A stretch of DNA of 64,000 bases, taken from NCBI GenBank assembly GCA_002269645.1, contig NIVC01000440.1:62001-126000 (forward strand). The letters are read 5' to 3'. Below, in pieces: positions 42,016 through 56,200 of the stretch. The notes below the pieces were generated by a model. It ran no database searches and was not told the DNA's origin. It saw nothing but the letters and a program-made list of their open reading frames with translations. Position 1 is the stretch's first letter, and every line of letters begins with the position of its first letter. A program made the position numbers and the translations under genes. The stretch is from Macrostomum lignano (lineage: Eukaryota).

Positions 42016-42354
42016 ATGCAGCTGCTGCTTATCTCGCTGTTGCTGCCGTCCTTGGTGGCTGCCCAGAGCACCATGGAAACCACCACCAAGCCGATGGAGG
42101 CTACAACCACGCCGAATATCGGTGGCTTCACCAGCGACCAGCTGGGCGTGCTCATCGGGATCCCAGTTGCCCTGGTTATCATCATCATCATCGGTGTAAT
42201 AATCGGCTGCGTGGTGCAGCACAAGGTGCACCAGGAGGACAAGCTGCTGGAGGGCAAGCCCTACCAGGATCAGGGAGACGTTGGGACCGGCGGCAGCCAG
42301 GCCATGGGACGCAGCCCGTACTACAACGACTACCTGAGCCAGACGAAGAACTAA
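42016..42354 (+). CDS. Small type I membrane protein (112 aa): signal peptide, Thr-rich ectodomain, single TM, Tyr-containing tail
   Basis: MQLLLISLLLPSLVAA / STMETTTKPMEATTT / LGVLIGIPVALVIIIIIGVIIGCVV / ...SPYYNDYL; GC3-rich codons; acceptor CTTCTTACAG just upstream. Confidence 0.75.
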   Translation: MQLLLISLLLPSLVAAQSTMETTTKPMEATTTPNIGGFTSDQLGVLIGIPVALVIIIIIGVIIGCVVQHKVHQEDKLLEGKPYQDQGDVGTGGSQAMGRSPYYNDYLSQTKN

Positions 42355-42909
42355 GCACTAATGGAAGACACTTTTGTAACAACTATTCACATTTTTACAG
42401 CCAAAAATTACAATTCGTGATACGAAAATGACTGATATTATTCTATGAAAACAACAATTACCTGACCAGCTCGTGTAATGCTGCACTTAATCCATTATTT
42501 TTTTAAACTATTTTTAACCATATTATTCCTACTAAATAAACGTTGAAAAGTAACAAACAAAACAATAACGGTTTTATGTAACAAATTGAAATTGTTTTAT
42601 TGCAAAATCGCTCTCATAGAGTCATATATAGAAGACACAAAATCAATAGTTATTTTTTCTTCGCGTGCATTTCTTCATAACCAAGCGAAAATGTCGAATA
42701 ATAAACGTCAAAGCCTACTTAAATTATAGATAGCAGTAGAGTATACTGTATTTTTATTCAAATTGACAGTCGACCGGAAAAACCATTGAAGAGAGGAAAC
42801 ATTAATGCTGACAATATGCGTATAATTCTACTTCCAAACGCCAAGTTGCTAAAAGTAGTGCAGTTAGCAAATTTAGAAGTCGGTGACTGATTTTATATTA
42901 AACTATTTT

Positions 42910-45436
42910 TTAGGTCTCGGCGGCCAAGTAGCGGCGCAGCTCGGCATCCTCCTGATCGTGGACAAACTTATCAAACGCCTGCAAGCGTTGATGACGCTGC
43001 GGGTCGCTTTGAGTCTCATCATCATCATCAGCCTCCTCAGCTGCCAGCGCCGCCAGGCCGCTCTGCAATACAGAACAGAAAATATCTGCCTTATTGATGA
43101 CTAATCGTCATTAAGATTTAAGATTAATCAACTGAGCTCCTCACCTGCATGGTTGCATAATTTCTCTGATAATTAAACACCGCCCACATCAGGTGCCAAA
43201 CGGAGAAGTCTGGCCACATTGCGTTAACAAAGTGCACGCAGGTGAACTGGGTCTGCAATTGGATTAACGAAATTGAACTTGAAATTGAGCAGAGCCAGCT
43301 CAAAGTCTGAGGTAAACGTGACCCCTGGTTCGATTCCTGGTTCGGCTTGTATGTGCACGGTCGCCGAAGGCGTTGCGCTGGGTGCCTACAGGTCTTCTAC
43401 GTAGTTATTTTGCTGTTATCTAAAATTGAGTACTAATGCCGATATGTATCGAAAAAAACAATATACACTGAGCATTGTTTCCGAATACGAGAAGTTTGAA
43501 GCAGCTATCTTCATTTCATTGACTCCATAGCATACACAAGGGCACAAGGCAAACACTCACACAGCAGTGTATACTGTTTAGCAGCCCTGGAATTATTTAT
43601 CATCAGATGTCTACAATGCACTACTACTAGTAAAAATGCTAGTTCTTTTTATAAATTAACCAGCAGCCATACCTGCCACAGGAGAAAGTCAGACAGTCTG
43701 GTTTCGCCAGAGGTTCGTATCAGCAGGTCGGGCGGCCCCGGGGACAGGTAGGTGCGAGCGCACCGGTCTAGCAGGCGCGGCGTGACGTCATCTGGGAGCA
43801 GGAGGCCGGACCGGACAGCCTGGCCTGCCAAGGACACCGCGTGGGCCATGTCGTCGCGCGAGGTGTACGCGAAGCACACGTTTAGGCGGGCCTTGCTGTG
43901 CGAGCTGAGGGCGGCGAGGTGGGGATACGGGGAGGTGATAGCAGTATTCTTGATGAGTGCTGACTTCTAATTCTGCCGCTGAAGTAAACATTGCAGACCT
44001 GATTCGTTTGACTTTCTCCACTCTATGTGTCATTCTTGAACTGTTTCAACTGAAGAAACACACAATCTCCCAACCCACAACTTCCCAACCCAGAATGACC
44101 ACCAACCCACAACCTCCCAAACCAAGATCACCAAACCCAGAATCTCCTAACTCAATCTCCCAAACCACAAACTTCCAACCCAGAGTGACCCCAAGCCACA
44201 ATCTCCCAACCCAGAGTGACCCCAAGCTACAATCTCCCAACCCAGAATGACCCCAAGCTACAATCTCCCAACCCAGAATGACCCCAAGCTACAATCTCCC
44301 AACCCAGAATGACCCCAAGCTACAATCTCCCAACCCAGAATGACCCCAAGCTACAATCTCCCAACCCAGAATGACCCCAAGCTACAATCTCCCAACCCAG
44401 AGTGACCCCAAGCTACAATCTCCCAACCCAGAGTGACCCCAAGCCACAATCTCCCAACCCAGAGTGACCCCAAGCTACAATCTCCCAACCCAGAATGACC
44501 CCAAGCTACAATCTCCCAACCCAGAGTGACCCCAAGCCACAATCTCCCAACCCAGAGTGACCCCAAGCTACAATCTCCCAACCCAGAGTGACCCCAAGCT
44601 ACAATCTCCCAACCCAGAGTGACCCCAAGCCACAATCTCCCAACCCAGAATGACCCCAAGCCACAATCTCCCAACCCAGAATGACCCCAAGCTACAATCT
44701 CCCAACCCAGAATGACCCCAAGCTACAATCTCCCAACCCAGAATGACCCCAAGCCACAATCTCCCAACCCAGAATGACCCCAAGCTACAATCTCCCAACC
44801 CAGAGTGACCCCAAGCTACAATCTCCCAACCCAGAGTGACCCCAAGCTACAATCTCCCAACCCAGAGTGACCCCAAGCTACAATCTCCCAACCCAGAGTG
44901 ACCCAGGCAGCAGACCTGGTGGCCTGCATGACCCTGGCCGCAGCGGCCCTCAGATCGGCAGGCAGCAGTTGCAGATTGCCCAGCACCCGGACGCAGACCC
45001 CGTAGGCCCGGAGCCGGTCCAACTCCTGCAATAGTCGGTCGAATTTCTGCCTGGCCAGCCGCAAGAGGCCGGCCACCTCCTCGGCGCTCCTGTTGAAATT
45101 CTCGATGCTAAAAGCGTAGACGGTCACTTCGTTAATGCCCAGGTCGCGGCACCATTCCAGCACTTCGCCAACTTTTTGAAAGCCGCGCAGATGGCCCTGC
45201 GATTTCTGCAGGCCGTGACACCTGGCGAATCGCCTATTGCCGTCCATGATAATGGCCAGGTGGTTCAGCAGGGGTCCCTGACCCAGCATGGTCATGGACA
45301 AGCGCTGCATAGCTGTGTACTGCGCCCCAGTGCGAATCCATTCGTCCTCAGGGATGGCTGCGGAGTCTTGGCTGGTGTCCTGAGGCGGCTCCGCTGGCCC
45401 AGGAGAGGGGCCGGCAGTGGGCAATGGTTGGGATTG
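42910..45436 (-). CDS. DHDDS: cis-prenyltransferase / dehydrodolichyl diphosphate synthase catalytic subunit (~338 aa)
   Basis: Exons 45436-44916, 43904-43673, 43252-43145, 43062-42910. HLAIIMDGNRRFAR, VTVYAFSIENFNRS, LNVCFAYTSR, PDLLIRTSGETRLSDFLLWQ, WPDFS. Start codon unresolved. Confidence 0.93.
44065..44903. repeat. 31-bp intronic minisatellite (CAATCTCCCAACCCAGARTGACCCCAAGCTA)
   Basis: About 25 copies in the first DHDDS intron. Confidence 0.95.
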
Positions 45437-45779
45437 CTGCAAGTTGAACAGATACAGATAGATAGCTTAGTTAATGGCATTTTTGTAGGCAAAAACTGAG
45501 ATGGCTATGCCTATGTAAAGTGGGGGCAGTAGCCCAGTGTTCCAGGGTGGCGTTCTGCTGTGCCAGCAGCCCAGGCTCGATTCCAAGTGCAGTCACATTA
45601 AATTTGGGGCTGAATTAGAATCTTGGCTTGGCTCTGCTCGTGCAATTAACACCCAGCTTGAGGGCCAACCGGCCAACCCCCAAGGCACAGTGAAGTGTAC
45701 ATGCCTAACGATTAATAAAGTGCCTTAATAAAGTAAAAAGGGCTTGTGCTTGCTCAGGGAGTTGGTAGAATATGCAATA

Positions 45780-47850
45780 ATGCCTATTGCCAGTTGTGAC
45801 AATATTGCTTGTTAAAGTGCGCCAGGGTACACACAGCCCCTGTCTCTAATGACTTTATAAATTTAGTAGTTTAAATAAAGCATTTCTTGCAATTTTCCAT
45901 AGGTCATCATTTTCAAATTATAATAATCTTAAAGTTTAATACAAAAATAAATACTCAAACCAGTAGTATAGATTGATGATTGATAGATTGAAGCTAAAAA
46001 TAATGCAGTAAAAAAAACTTCTCTAAATGCTATGAGTGCAGAAATATGGCAATTTAAAAAATTGCCTAAAGCACTAGAACTAGAAACAGTCAATATAGTA
46101 AGTGCAGAAAATTCAATCCTATATACTAAAAATCCAATTCTAAAAATGAAACCCTTTTAGAGATCATGCTAAATATACTCAGAATAAAAAGTAACTAGTC
46201 ATAATTTTATGCTAACTAATGTCAAATTTTTATTATAATTATTTTAAACATTATGTAAATAAAAAGTTCATTTGAATTGTTAACTAATATAAATTTATTG
46301 TTACTAGTTCAAATTTTCTAGCATATAAGTATCTTCTATGATCTTTATGGGGAAAGGCGGATTATCCTAATTTGTAACAATTCTACATGGCTATTATCTA
46401 TCCTTTGATAATGATCATGTCCCTCTTAAGTTGTGGATATTTTGCTAGGCATTGTTATTTCTAGGCAAAAATCTATATTATAGTAAGATATACCTATCCT
46501 GCCTTTTTAGTGTTAAGAATATAAAGCTTTTTATTTATGAATGCTTAGGCTATGAATGCTTATGAATGCTTAGGCTTAGGCTACTTTTACTTATTTAATT
46601 TAGGCCCTTTTTATTATTAATAGAAGGCATAATGCCATAAGCATTGCAATTAGGCTGCCTTTATATAGGACAGGCTTATTTTCCTTAGCCCAAACTAAGA
46701 CCTTTCTAAAATTTTTAAGGCTTGAGAATCTCTGCCAGCTTATCTATTAATATTGGATGATAAATATCTATACATGTTAGTATATAGTACATGAATCTAT
46801 CTGGCCCCTTTGATAGCAAAACAAAATGCTGACAAAGGTTTCAATGGTATCTTAAGTCTACTAGTTGTTTAACTAGGCCCTATCCAATTACTAGCTCTAA
46901 ACTTTTATGTAGTAAATGTTTATTATTAGGCTATTAATTAGATATTTATATATTAACAGTTTTAAATCAAAGATAAAAGCTAAAGCCTAGGTACTTTATA
47001 AAATATAAAGTATCTTAATAAATAAAAAATATAGTCCATTAAACGTCCAAGGGCTAATTCAATTCTATACTATGGATCTATCCAATCTAACCTATTTTAA
47101 AAACCATTTAATCAATTAGTCCTAGGCCTAATATTGAAACCTTTAATATTACATTAGGCCTAATTATGCAATTTAGTTTTGATCAAAAATATGACCTAGT
47201 CTTAGTTTTGTAGCTTGCTATTCCTGTTTATTATCCTTTTGTTTCTTATTTTGTTTTGCTTTTCTTATTCTTGCTAGGGATTTATTGCCCTCCCTTATAT
47301 GTTTTAAGTGATCTTTACTAAAGAGTATGAAGTTTAATTATTAATTAGGCTAAAGACAAAATTTTTGTCTTATCTATCAATCGAAATTAAAATATTAGGC
47401 TCTAGCCATTGAAATTATTGGACTGATATATAATATTTAATATAAAAAAAACTTTGATTGTATTGCATCATATATCACCATGGCATTATTTATCACTCTT
47501 ATAACTATATAGCTACTAAAATTAGACCTAGCATTAAAAATAAAATAATATAGGCCTAACTATAGATAATGTATAAGTATGCCTCATTGCCTAGGCCTAT
47601 ATATAGGCCTACTTTTTTACTAAATTTCATAATCTTACACAGGATAGGACATGGTCCTTAGCTATATAGGCCATATTCCTAAGCGTAGGCCCTAAGCATA
47701 CCAAAAATACTTATTTGGTTTGGTGTTCATTGTTTAATAGGATTGGCCTAGGAGCCATGGCTAAGCTTTATGCCCTTAGGCCTTAAGGCCTAGGCCCCAG
47801 CCAAAAAAACAGTCAGTAGGCCAATAGCTAGGTAAGCTAATGTGGTTATT
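45780..47850. other. AT-rich, CpG-depleted, TAGGCCTA-rich non-coding island
   Basis: Very few CG dinucleotides over ~2 kb and many TAG/CTA; no ORFs in the track. Confidence 0.7.
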
Positions 47851-48314
47851 TATTTCAGCCATTGGAGTCCGCAGACCGCAGGTGGAGAAGAGGAGCTTGC
47901 TTGTCGCTTGAATCTCCATCGTTAATTTGCATAATTGCCACGTGTCTCAAAGGTAATCACACTAACTTATGTGCAGAAATTATAAACCAAACTATGCCAA
48001 TACTTTCTTCCTTTCTATTTAACTAAAAACATTTCGTGTTATAGCATTTCGCATTATATCGCAGATCATTTTCGTGTTTTTGTTAGTTTAGTGTACATTA
48101 TCTCATTTTAACTTGTTTTTTATTTGTATTTATTTAGTCATATCATAAGGGACCGGAAAATTCCGGCCCGCGGGCCACATTGATATGTGCGCTTAGCTCA
48201 CACAGAAAGCTCACTCAGCCCTCAAATTTCCCGCCGGGTGGCCAGCCAGCGAAGCCTCTTTATCCGGCCCTCGCATGTCCTTTGAAACTTCACAACAGCA
48301 ATCCGACCCACTCA

Positions 48315-48585
48315 AGCTCTCTTCTCTCCTCTCTCCCCTCCTCTCTCCCCTCCTCTCTTTTCTCTTCTCTCCTCTCTCCCTCCTCTCTTCTCTTCTATCC
48401 TCTCTCCTATCCTCTTTTTTCTCTTCTCTCCTCTCTCCCTCCTCTTTTCTCTTCTCTCCTCTCTCCCTCCTCTCTTCACTTCTCTACTCTCTCCTCTCCT
48501 CTCTTTTCTCTTCTCTCCTCTCTCCCTCCTCTCTTCACTTCTCTACTCTCTCCCTCCTCTCTTTTCTCTTCTCTCCTCTCAGCTC
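48315..48585. repeat. CT-rich low-complexity tract
   Basis: Directly visible. Confidence 0.9.
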
Positions 48586-48659
48586 GACCCCTCATCATAT
48601 TCTTGAATTTGTAAATCGTAAATGTTCAGTAGCGCAACCAAAAATTTGCTGCGGCTGAG

Positions 48660-49290
48660 GGGGGGGGGCCAATTCTAGAGGGTAAAGATCCAAGGGGGCG
48701 GATTCTAGAGGGTAAAGATCCAAGGGGGCGGATTCTAGAGGGTAAAGATCCAAGGGGGCGGATTCTAGAGGGTAAAGATCCAAGGGGGCGGATTCTGAAA
48801 GGTAGAGATCCAAGGAGGCGGATTGTGGAGGGTAAAGATCCAAGGGGCGGATTCTAGAGGGTAAAGATCCAAGGGGGGATTCTAGAGGGTAAAGATCCAA
48901 GGGGGGATTCTAGAGGGTAAAGATCCAAGGGGGGATTCTAGAGGGTAAAGATCCAAGGGGGGATTCTAGAGGGTAAAGATCCAAGGGGGTGGATTCTAGA
49001 GGATAAAGATCCAAGGGGGCGGATTCTAGAGGGTAAAGATCCAAGGGGGCGGATTCTAGAGGGTAAAGATCCAAGGGGGCGGATTCTGAAAGGTAGAGAT
49101 CCAAGGAGGCGGATTCTAGAGGGTAAAGATCCAAGGGGGCGTATTCTAGAGGGTAAAGATCCAAGGGGGCGGATTCTAGAGGGTAAAGATCCAAGGGGGC
49201 GTATTCTGGAGGGAAAGATCCAAGGGGGCGGATTCTGGAGGGAAAGATCCAAGGGGGCGGATTCTGGAGGGTAGAGATCCAAGGGGGGCG
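48660..49290. repeat. 30-bp G-rich minisatellite (GGATTCTAGAGGGTAAAGATCCAAGGGGGC)
   Basis: About 21 copies. Confidence 0.95.
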
Positions 49291-50208
49291 GAGGGGGTGG
49301 CTCTGGCTGTTAAAGCGGTAACTAATGTACTTTCAGTTATTGTATGATGGCCCCAATCTGCAGGGGGTAACTATAAGGACTCAAGGAGTAAACTATAGCC
49401 GTAGGCCATAATTCTACGATCATATCCCTTGGCTAAAGCTTGCATATGTACGCGCGGTGCCCCAGCTTACAGTGTCGTGCAATAAGTGTCCATATCGGAC
49501 TGTATTGTCTTAAAGTTTATCTTATAGCCTAATTAATATAATTATACTGTTGGATAGTACCAAAATTCAAATTTATAAACTATATTTACCTGTATGTACA
49601 ATGCATAGATAAGAGTTTGCACGGCTGTAGCTACTAACTGACTTCTACATTGGACATTAAATTTACAGTAATTTCATCCGAGATATGCCCCGCAGTTAAT
49701 ATCTATATCTGCGCCCAGTCACATATATTTATCTCCTATACCTATATATACAGGCCCAGGGTACGAATGTGTTTTACATGTAGTTGCTAGAACTGTACAT
49801 TCTCGATGTCTTTCGGTGACTTGTACATCTGTGAGTGTTCCTATTCCTACCCCCCCCCCGGTGCCTCTCAGTGCTGCGTGTGGCTCTCTACGAAAAGCTG
49901 CTTCTAGCTCGGGGCGCAACCCAAGTAAGTGTGCAACCAACCCCCCCCCTCCCTCCGACAAATGCTGAATGCACAGACCGCAGGCGGGGCAGAGACGCAC
50001 AGTAAGAAGACAGACAGCGAGAAGCAAGTGACACCAGCCACTACCCCCCCCCCCCCGGTCTAAACACGATCTGCAAATTCAACCTAAGCTTGGAAGCTAT
50101 ATCGCTCTGCATATAAATATTATTTTCCAAATTATTTTTGACTGACCTTTTAGCCGCTCAATTTTGAATGACTCTACAAGTATTTACCGGGATTCTGATT
50201 GCCCAATA

Positions 50209-53200
50209 ATGAATCTAAGCAAGCAGACTGGATTTGTTACAATCGGACCGGATGATCACGACGAAAATGGTGAGTAATCTAACCTGATTGCCCAACCAAT
50301 GCAATATTGTTAGATAGTAAACTGGAGCACGAAAGAGATGATAGACAAGAGATCTGAACTAAGAGGCAGATTGGTCTAAGGAACTGAATCGCATAAAAAG
50401 AGAAGGGGAGTGAGAGAAAGGGAGTGAGATGGAGAGACCGGGAGTGAGATGGAGAGACCGGGAGTGAGATGGAGAGACCGGGAATGAGATGGAGAGACCG
50501 GGAGTGAGATGGAGAGAATGGAGTGAGATAAAGAGAAAGGGGTGAGATGAAGAGAAAAGGAGGGAGATGAGAGAGACAGGGGTGAGATTAGATAAAAAAT
50601 ACAGGGGGTGAGATTAGATGAAAAGACAGGGGTGAGATGGTGAGAAAGACAGTGAGATGGAGAGAAGGGGAGAGAGAAGGAGAGAGAGGGAGAGAAGGGG
50701 AGAGAGAAGGGGAGAGAGGAAGAGAAGGGGAGAGAGAAGGGGAGAGAGAAGGGAGAGAGAAGGGGAGAGAGAAGGGGAGAGAGAAGGGGAGAGAGAAGGG
50801 GAGAGAGAAGGGGGGAGAGAAGGGGAGAGAGAAGGGGAGAGAGAAGGGAGAGAGAAGGGGAGAGAAAAGGGGAGAGAGAAGGGGAGAGAGAAGGGGAGAG
50901 AGAAGGGGAGAGAGAAGGGGAGAGAGAAGGGGAGAGAGAAGGGGAGAGAGAAGGGGAGAGAGAAGGGAGAGAGAAGGGGAGAGAAAAGGGGAGAGAGAAG
51001 GGGAGAGAGAAGGGGAGAGAGAAGGGGAGAGAGAAGGGGAGAGAGAAGGGGAGAGAGAAGGGGAGAGAGAAGGGGAGAGAGAAGGGGAGAGAGAAGGGGA
51101 GAGAAAAGGGGAGAGAGAAGGGGAGAGAGAAGGGGAGAGAGGGAGAGCAGCTAGATGAGTAAGGATACAAAAGGAAAGAAAAAAGGATTGAGAGATATAT
51201 GAAAATGATAGTAAAACTGAACTATCTGTAGTTGGGCGTGCCAGAAGATCAAGAAACTTAGCTAACACTGAAATTGCACTAATTAGTATGTTTATGGTTG
51301 CCTTTCACCGAATTTTAAGTACGTGTAACTGAGGAGGCGCCAACTCAAGCTACCGAAGCTAGCGATGAAGCTGCTCACGCTCCTGATGAAGGTGGAACCG
51401 ACGGTCAGATTGCTGCAGAGCAGTCGAACACATCTAGAACTGCTGATGGTGCCATTTTGAGCTCGTCAACTACTCTCAGTAGATCGGGTATGTTGAAGTT
51501 GAGCGCCTCAAAGTGCTAGCTAAAAGTACAAATTTTTATAACTTATTCATGGCAACTAGCTTCTAACATTGCCAGCAGGCAGCATTGACGGAGACCTCTC
51601 CGAAGGTGAAGCCTTCGTACCCGAGATGACCGAGATGGAGCAGTCCAGCGCATGGGCGCCCCACAGCAACGAGAAATCTATCAACGAATTGCACGATTAT
51701 TTCAAAAATTTCTATAGCACAAGACGCATTGTTAAGCAAACTTATCACGAGCTCAAGCGGGCTTGTCAGGGCATCCAGGAGCTTCTGATTGGCAGCAGCA
51801 GCAACAGCGCTTCGGGACTCTTCGAACTGTCCGCCACGGACCGCGGCACAGAGGCTTGGCTGTCGCACAGCGAAGAGCAAACCATCATGAGCGTCCTGCG
51901 CACCGACCCAATACTGCTGGTGCTGGGCGGCAAAGGCAGCGGTAAATCGTCCGTCATCAATGGGATCCTGGGCGCAGATATTTTGCCTAGCAGCGCCGCG
52001 ATGCTGAAGCATCCGTGCAACGGAATCGTGCATTTGAAATACGATGAATCCGGCTACGTTAAAATTGCTAAAAGCACCACCGAGAGGCCTTTGGAGCTGG
52101 AACAGATCAAGGGCGACCTGCAACAGCCGGCTCAAATGCTGGTGAGTTTTCGACTGTGGCTTTTGTGTTAGTGTCTATGGCTTTTGTGGCTGTGTCTATG
52201 GCTTTTGTGGCTTTGTCTATGGCTTTTGTGGCTGTGTCTATGGCTTTTGTGGCTTTTTCTATGGCTTTTGTGGCTGTGTCTATGGCTTTTGTGGCTTTTT
52301 CTATGGCTTTTGTGACTGTTTCTATGGCTTTTGTGGCTTTGTCTATGGCTTTTGTGGCTTTGTCTATGGCTTTGTGGCTGTTTCTATGGCTTTTGTGGCT
52401 GTGTCTATGGCTTTTGTGGCTTTGTCTATGGCTTTGTGGCTGTTTCTATGGCTTTTGTGGCTGTGTCTATGGCTTTTGTGGCTGTGTCTATGGCTTTTGT
52501 GGCTTTGTCTATGGTTTTTGTGGCTGTGTCTATAGCTTTTGTGACTGTGTCTATGGCTTTTGTGGCTTTGTCTATGGCTTTTGATGGCTTTCGTGGCTGC
52601 ATGTGTCTCTTCTCAAATCTGATATGTTACTTCGAACTAACAATTATTTAATACTTGCTATCTAAACATTATTACATCTATTTTATCATTTGGACTGTAG
52701 CGTCACCGCACATCGAATCAGGTGCGCGAGTTTATTGAGGAAGTGATGAGCGACGAAGAGCGTGCAGCCTGGGGCAGCCTTGACAACTGTGTGCTGGAGA
52801 TTGGAGTCAAGAATCCCATATTGAGAACCCGGGTGCAGTTCCTGGAGATACCGGGCGACTGTTTTGATCCTAAGCTGCGGGAACGGCTGCTGAGACAGCT
52901 GTTCGGATTTAACCACCAGACTGTGGTGTACATCATCGACGGCAATAAGGGCTTGGGGAACTCGGTGAGTCCGTTTTTTAATGTATTTTCAATTTTTTTA
53001 AAGTTCGCAAGAGGGTTGTGGTCACCCTGGCGCAGCCCCTTTTGGCCACATCACCGCACAACCGGCGGCTCATTTAAAGTGTACAACAGCCCTGACTTTC
53101 TAATCGTTAGTCGTGCACACTCTGGGCCTTGGAGTTGACTCTCGCGGTCGTGAATTGTTTGACAAACGAACCGAGTGACTTTGGTAGAGTCTGACGCATA

Positions 53201-56200
53201 ATCGCTCACTTAATAGTCTTATTTTAACTGATCTGCATACACGAGCAACAAGTACATGCAAGTTGGTTAATTGGGGTCTTAAGATTTACGTTTACTTTGC
53301 AGATAAATAAATTTATTGATTGATGACACCTGTCTCAATGGGCTATTGCGCGGCGCATCTGAAGGCTGCGTACGGCTGTTCAGTCCAAGTACGGGGGGGG
53401 GGGGTCGCCACACACCCTGAATTTATTACCCCTGCTAAAGCTGATACCCATTTTTCAGCTGGGTGAACTGAAACAATGCAGAGTTAAGTGTCTTGCTTAA
53501 GGACACAAATTGTTCCGAGTTGGGACGGGATTCGAACCCCCGACCTTTCAGTCGTGAGTCCGACGCTCTAGCCACTAGGCTAAAAGGCATTTAGAGTTTA
53601 CTTCCCTCATTGACCACTGGTAATACAGACTGCTTTGACTTTCGCCTTCAGTACTCACTGTTGCCAGGGGCGTCGCCATTGGATTTTATGGTGGGGGGAC
53701 AAAGCCAAGAATTCAACATGTACATTTACATGACAAAATTCCTACATGTTTATTATTTGGAGAATCAGTGTTGTCAGCGCTCACTTTAGCGCCGCAAGCA
53801 CTCATTTTGGCGCCGTAGGCATTCCTTTTGGCGCCACAGGCACTCATTTTGGCGCCGTAGGCATTCCTTTTGGCGCCACAGGCACTCATTTTGGCGCCGC
53901 AAACACTCATTTTGGCGCCGTAGGCATTCCTTTTAGCGCCACAGGCACTCATTTTGGCGCCGTAGGCATTCCTTCTAGCGCCACAGGCACTCATTTTGGC
54001 GCCGCAGGCATTCCTTCTAGCGCCACAGGCACTCATTTTGGCGCCGTAGGCATTCCTTTTAGCGCCACAGGCACTCATTTTGGCTCCGTAGGCATTCCTT
54101 CTAGCGCCACAGACACTCATTTTGGCGCCGCAGGCATTCCTTCTAGCGCCACAGGCACTCATTTTGGCGCCGCAGGCACTCATTTTGGCGCCGCAAGCAC
54201 TCATTTTGGCGCCGCAAGCACTCATTTTGGCGCCGCAAGCACTCATTTTGGCGCCGTAGGCATTCCTTTTAGCGCCACAGGCACTCATTTTGGCTCCGTA
54301 GGCACTCATTTTGGCGCCGCAGGCGCTATATTTTGCGCCCTGAAGAAAAAATTATTGATTTCCAAAATATTTTTTCGGCTCGCATGACTTTCAGAATTAG
54401 GAAATTTAATTCGCTACCTTGCCTGCCGGGGCTGCTAGTCCGGTCTGAATTGTATTGTTCTTGTAGAGTAAAACAATTTTATCGGATGGAATATCTATGG
54501 AAATTCGCTTCGGTTTAAATCTGCAAGCGGGCCTGACTCTTTGAAGGTAAAAAATATCAGGCTACAACCCAATATTACCTTGAAGAGTATTTATCTAATG
54601 ACCCCCCGTATTTGATTATTCATAAATCTAACCGTCCGTAATTTTTGAGCATTAAAATCTCCAGAATATCGAGAGACATTTTTGTACATTTAAGCTGCTT
54701 AGGCAGCGATTAGATTTTTTCGTAGATTTCCAACGTAAGCATTCACTGGTGGCAAATCCATAAATATGTCTGTCTGGCACCCTCCGCCCACGCAGGATCG
54801 CGAGTTTCTCTTCTTTCTCAAAGCCAGCATTCCGGATATTCGCATATTCTTCGTCATCAACAAAGTTGACTACGATCCCGAGGCCGAGGAGATGGACGGC
54901 GACTCGGACCTGGAGGACTCGGAGCTGTCGGACTCTCGCTTCCACGACAGCGGCTTGCAGACGCAGCGGAGAAAGCAGAGACTTGTGGTGGACCAGCTGG
55001 CCAAGTACAAGCTGACGGGCGGCAGTGGCAGGCAGACAGTCTATCCCGTGTCCGTGCTGCGCCAGCGCTTCCCCCTCGATGGCGACTCGGAGCAGATCAG
55101 CCAGCTCAACAAAGACTACGAGGCGCAGTACCAGGCGATGGTGGCAGCGCTCAAGGACTGCCTACTGGAGACTGGACGAAGTCGGATGGAGTTGGCCCTC
55201 TCTACACTCTTCCTGGTGTCCGTGCGCACATTCGACGCCTTCACTCGAGACTCCGGCGCCGAGGCGGAGGAAGGAGCCCAGCTGGCCGAGCAGGCCTCTA
55301 AGGAGCGCATCCTGCAGAGCTTCCGAGACACCAAAACCAAGCTGAAAGAGTGCAAATCGAAATTTCTACAGGAGCTGACGGATATCCACAAGCGCAGCGA
55401 GAAGGCCATTATTGACGAGTGCCGACGACTGGAGTTCGGGCCGCTGCGGTTGTACAGCAGGATCAGGAACAACGAGGTTGAGCAGCAATACCGGGAGCAG
55501 ATTAATAACTACGTGTTGCACCTGCTCAATGTGGAGATTCAAGAGTCGCTTGAAAGACAGATCAACGATCTGAGGACGGTGCTGTTCAACGAGGTTGAAA
55601 AGCTTAAAAAGATGTTCTCGAACGCGTCGAAAGACCAGCCGTCAAGTCCTTGGCAGGATCTAATTCGTACTCACGCCGACGAGCTCGTCATGAACATTGT
55701 TAAGCTTAATTTTAGCGTCGAATGGAAATCCGAGGCCGGCTTCATAAAATGGGTCAGGAAGCTGTGGACGGCCGCCACGGTCAACAAGAACAAAGGCATG
55801 AACCCCAACACTCCCGAGTGGAAGAGCGAAGTGGCCAAAGAGTTCTACTCGAGCATCGATCTGAACGCAGTGGTTCGCCGGATGTTCGCAGGCGTGGACT
55901 ACACGCTGAAGCAGGCCGAGGCCTGTCTGCTCAACCTGTCCCAGTCACGGCACAAGTTTGCCGCCAAACTGCAGAAACTGCTGGCCAAAGAGATTCCAGC
56001 CGCGCGCAGCGTGTGGCTGAGCGTCCAGTTCTGCTTAGTGTCCGCTGAAGCACTTCGAAACGTTCAAGCCTACGGCCACCTGCCGTCCGCGAACCTGACG
56101 GAGCCAATCGCGTCCACCTGCCTGGGCCAACTTTTCCACTTGACCAGCGGCTACGCCAAATTTGAGCGCACACAGGACTCCGGCATTGGCGTCACAGTAA

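Noticed and set aside
47859-47952. Isolated + strand exon-like segment (TTTCAG...AAG|GTAATC)
   Set aside because: It could be a 5' UTR exon of the DSTYK-like gene, but no phase-compatible coding link was found.
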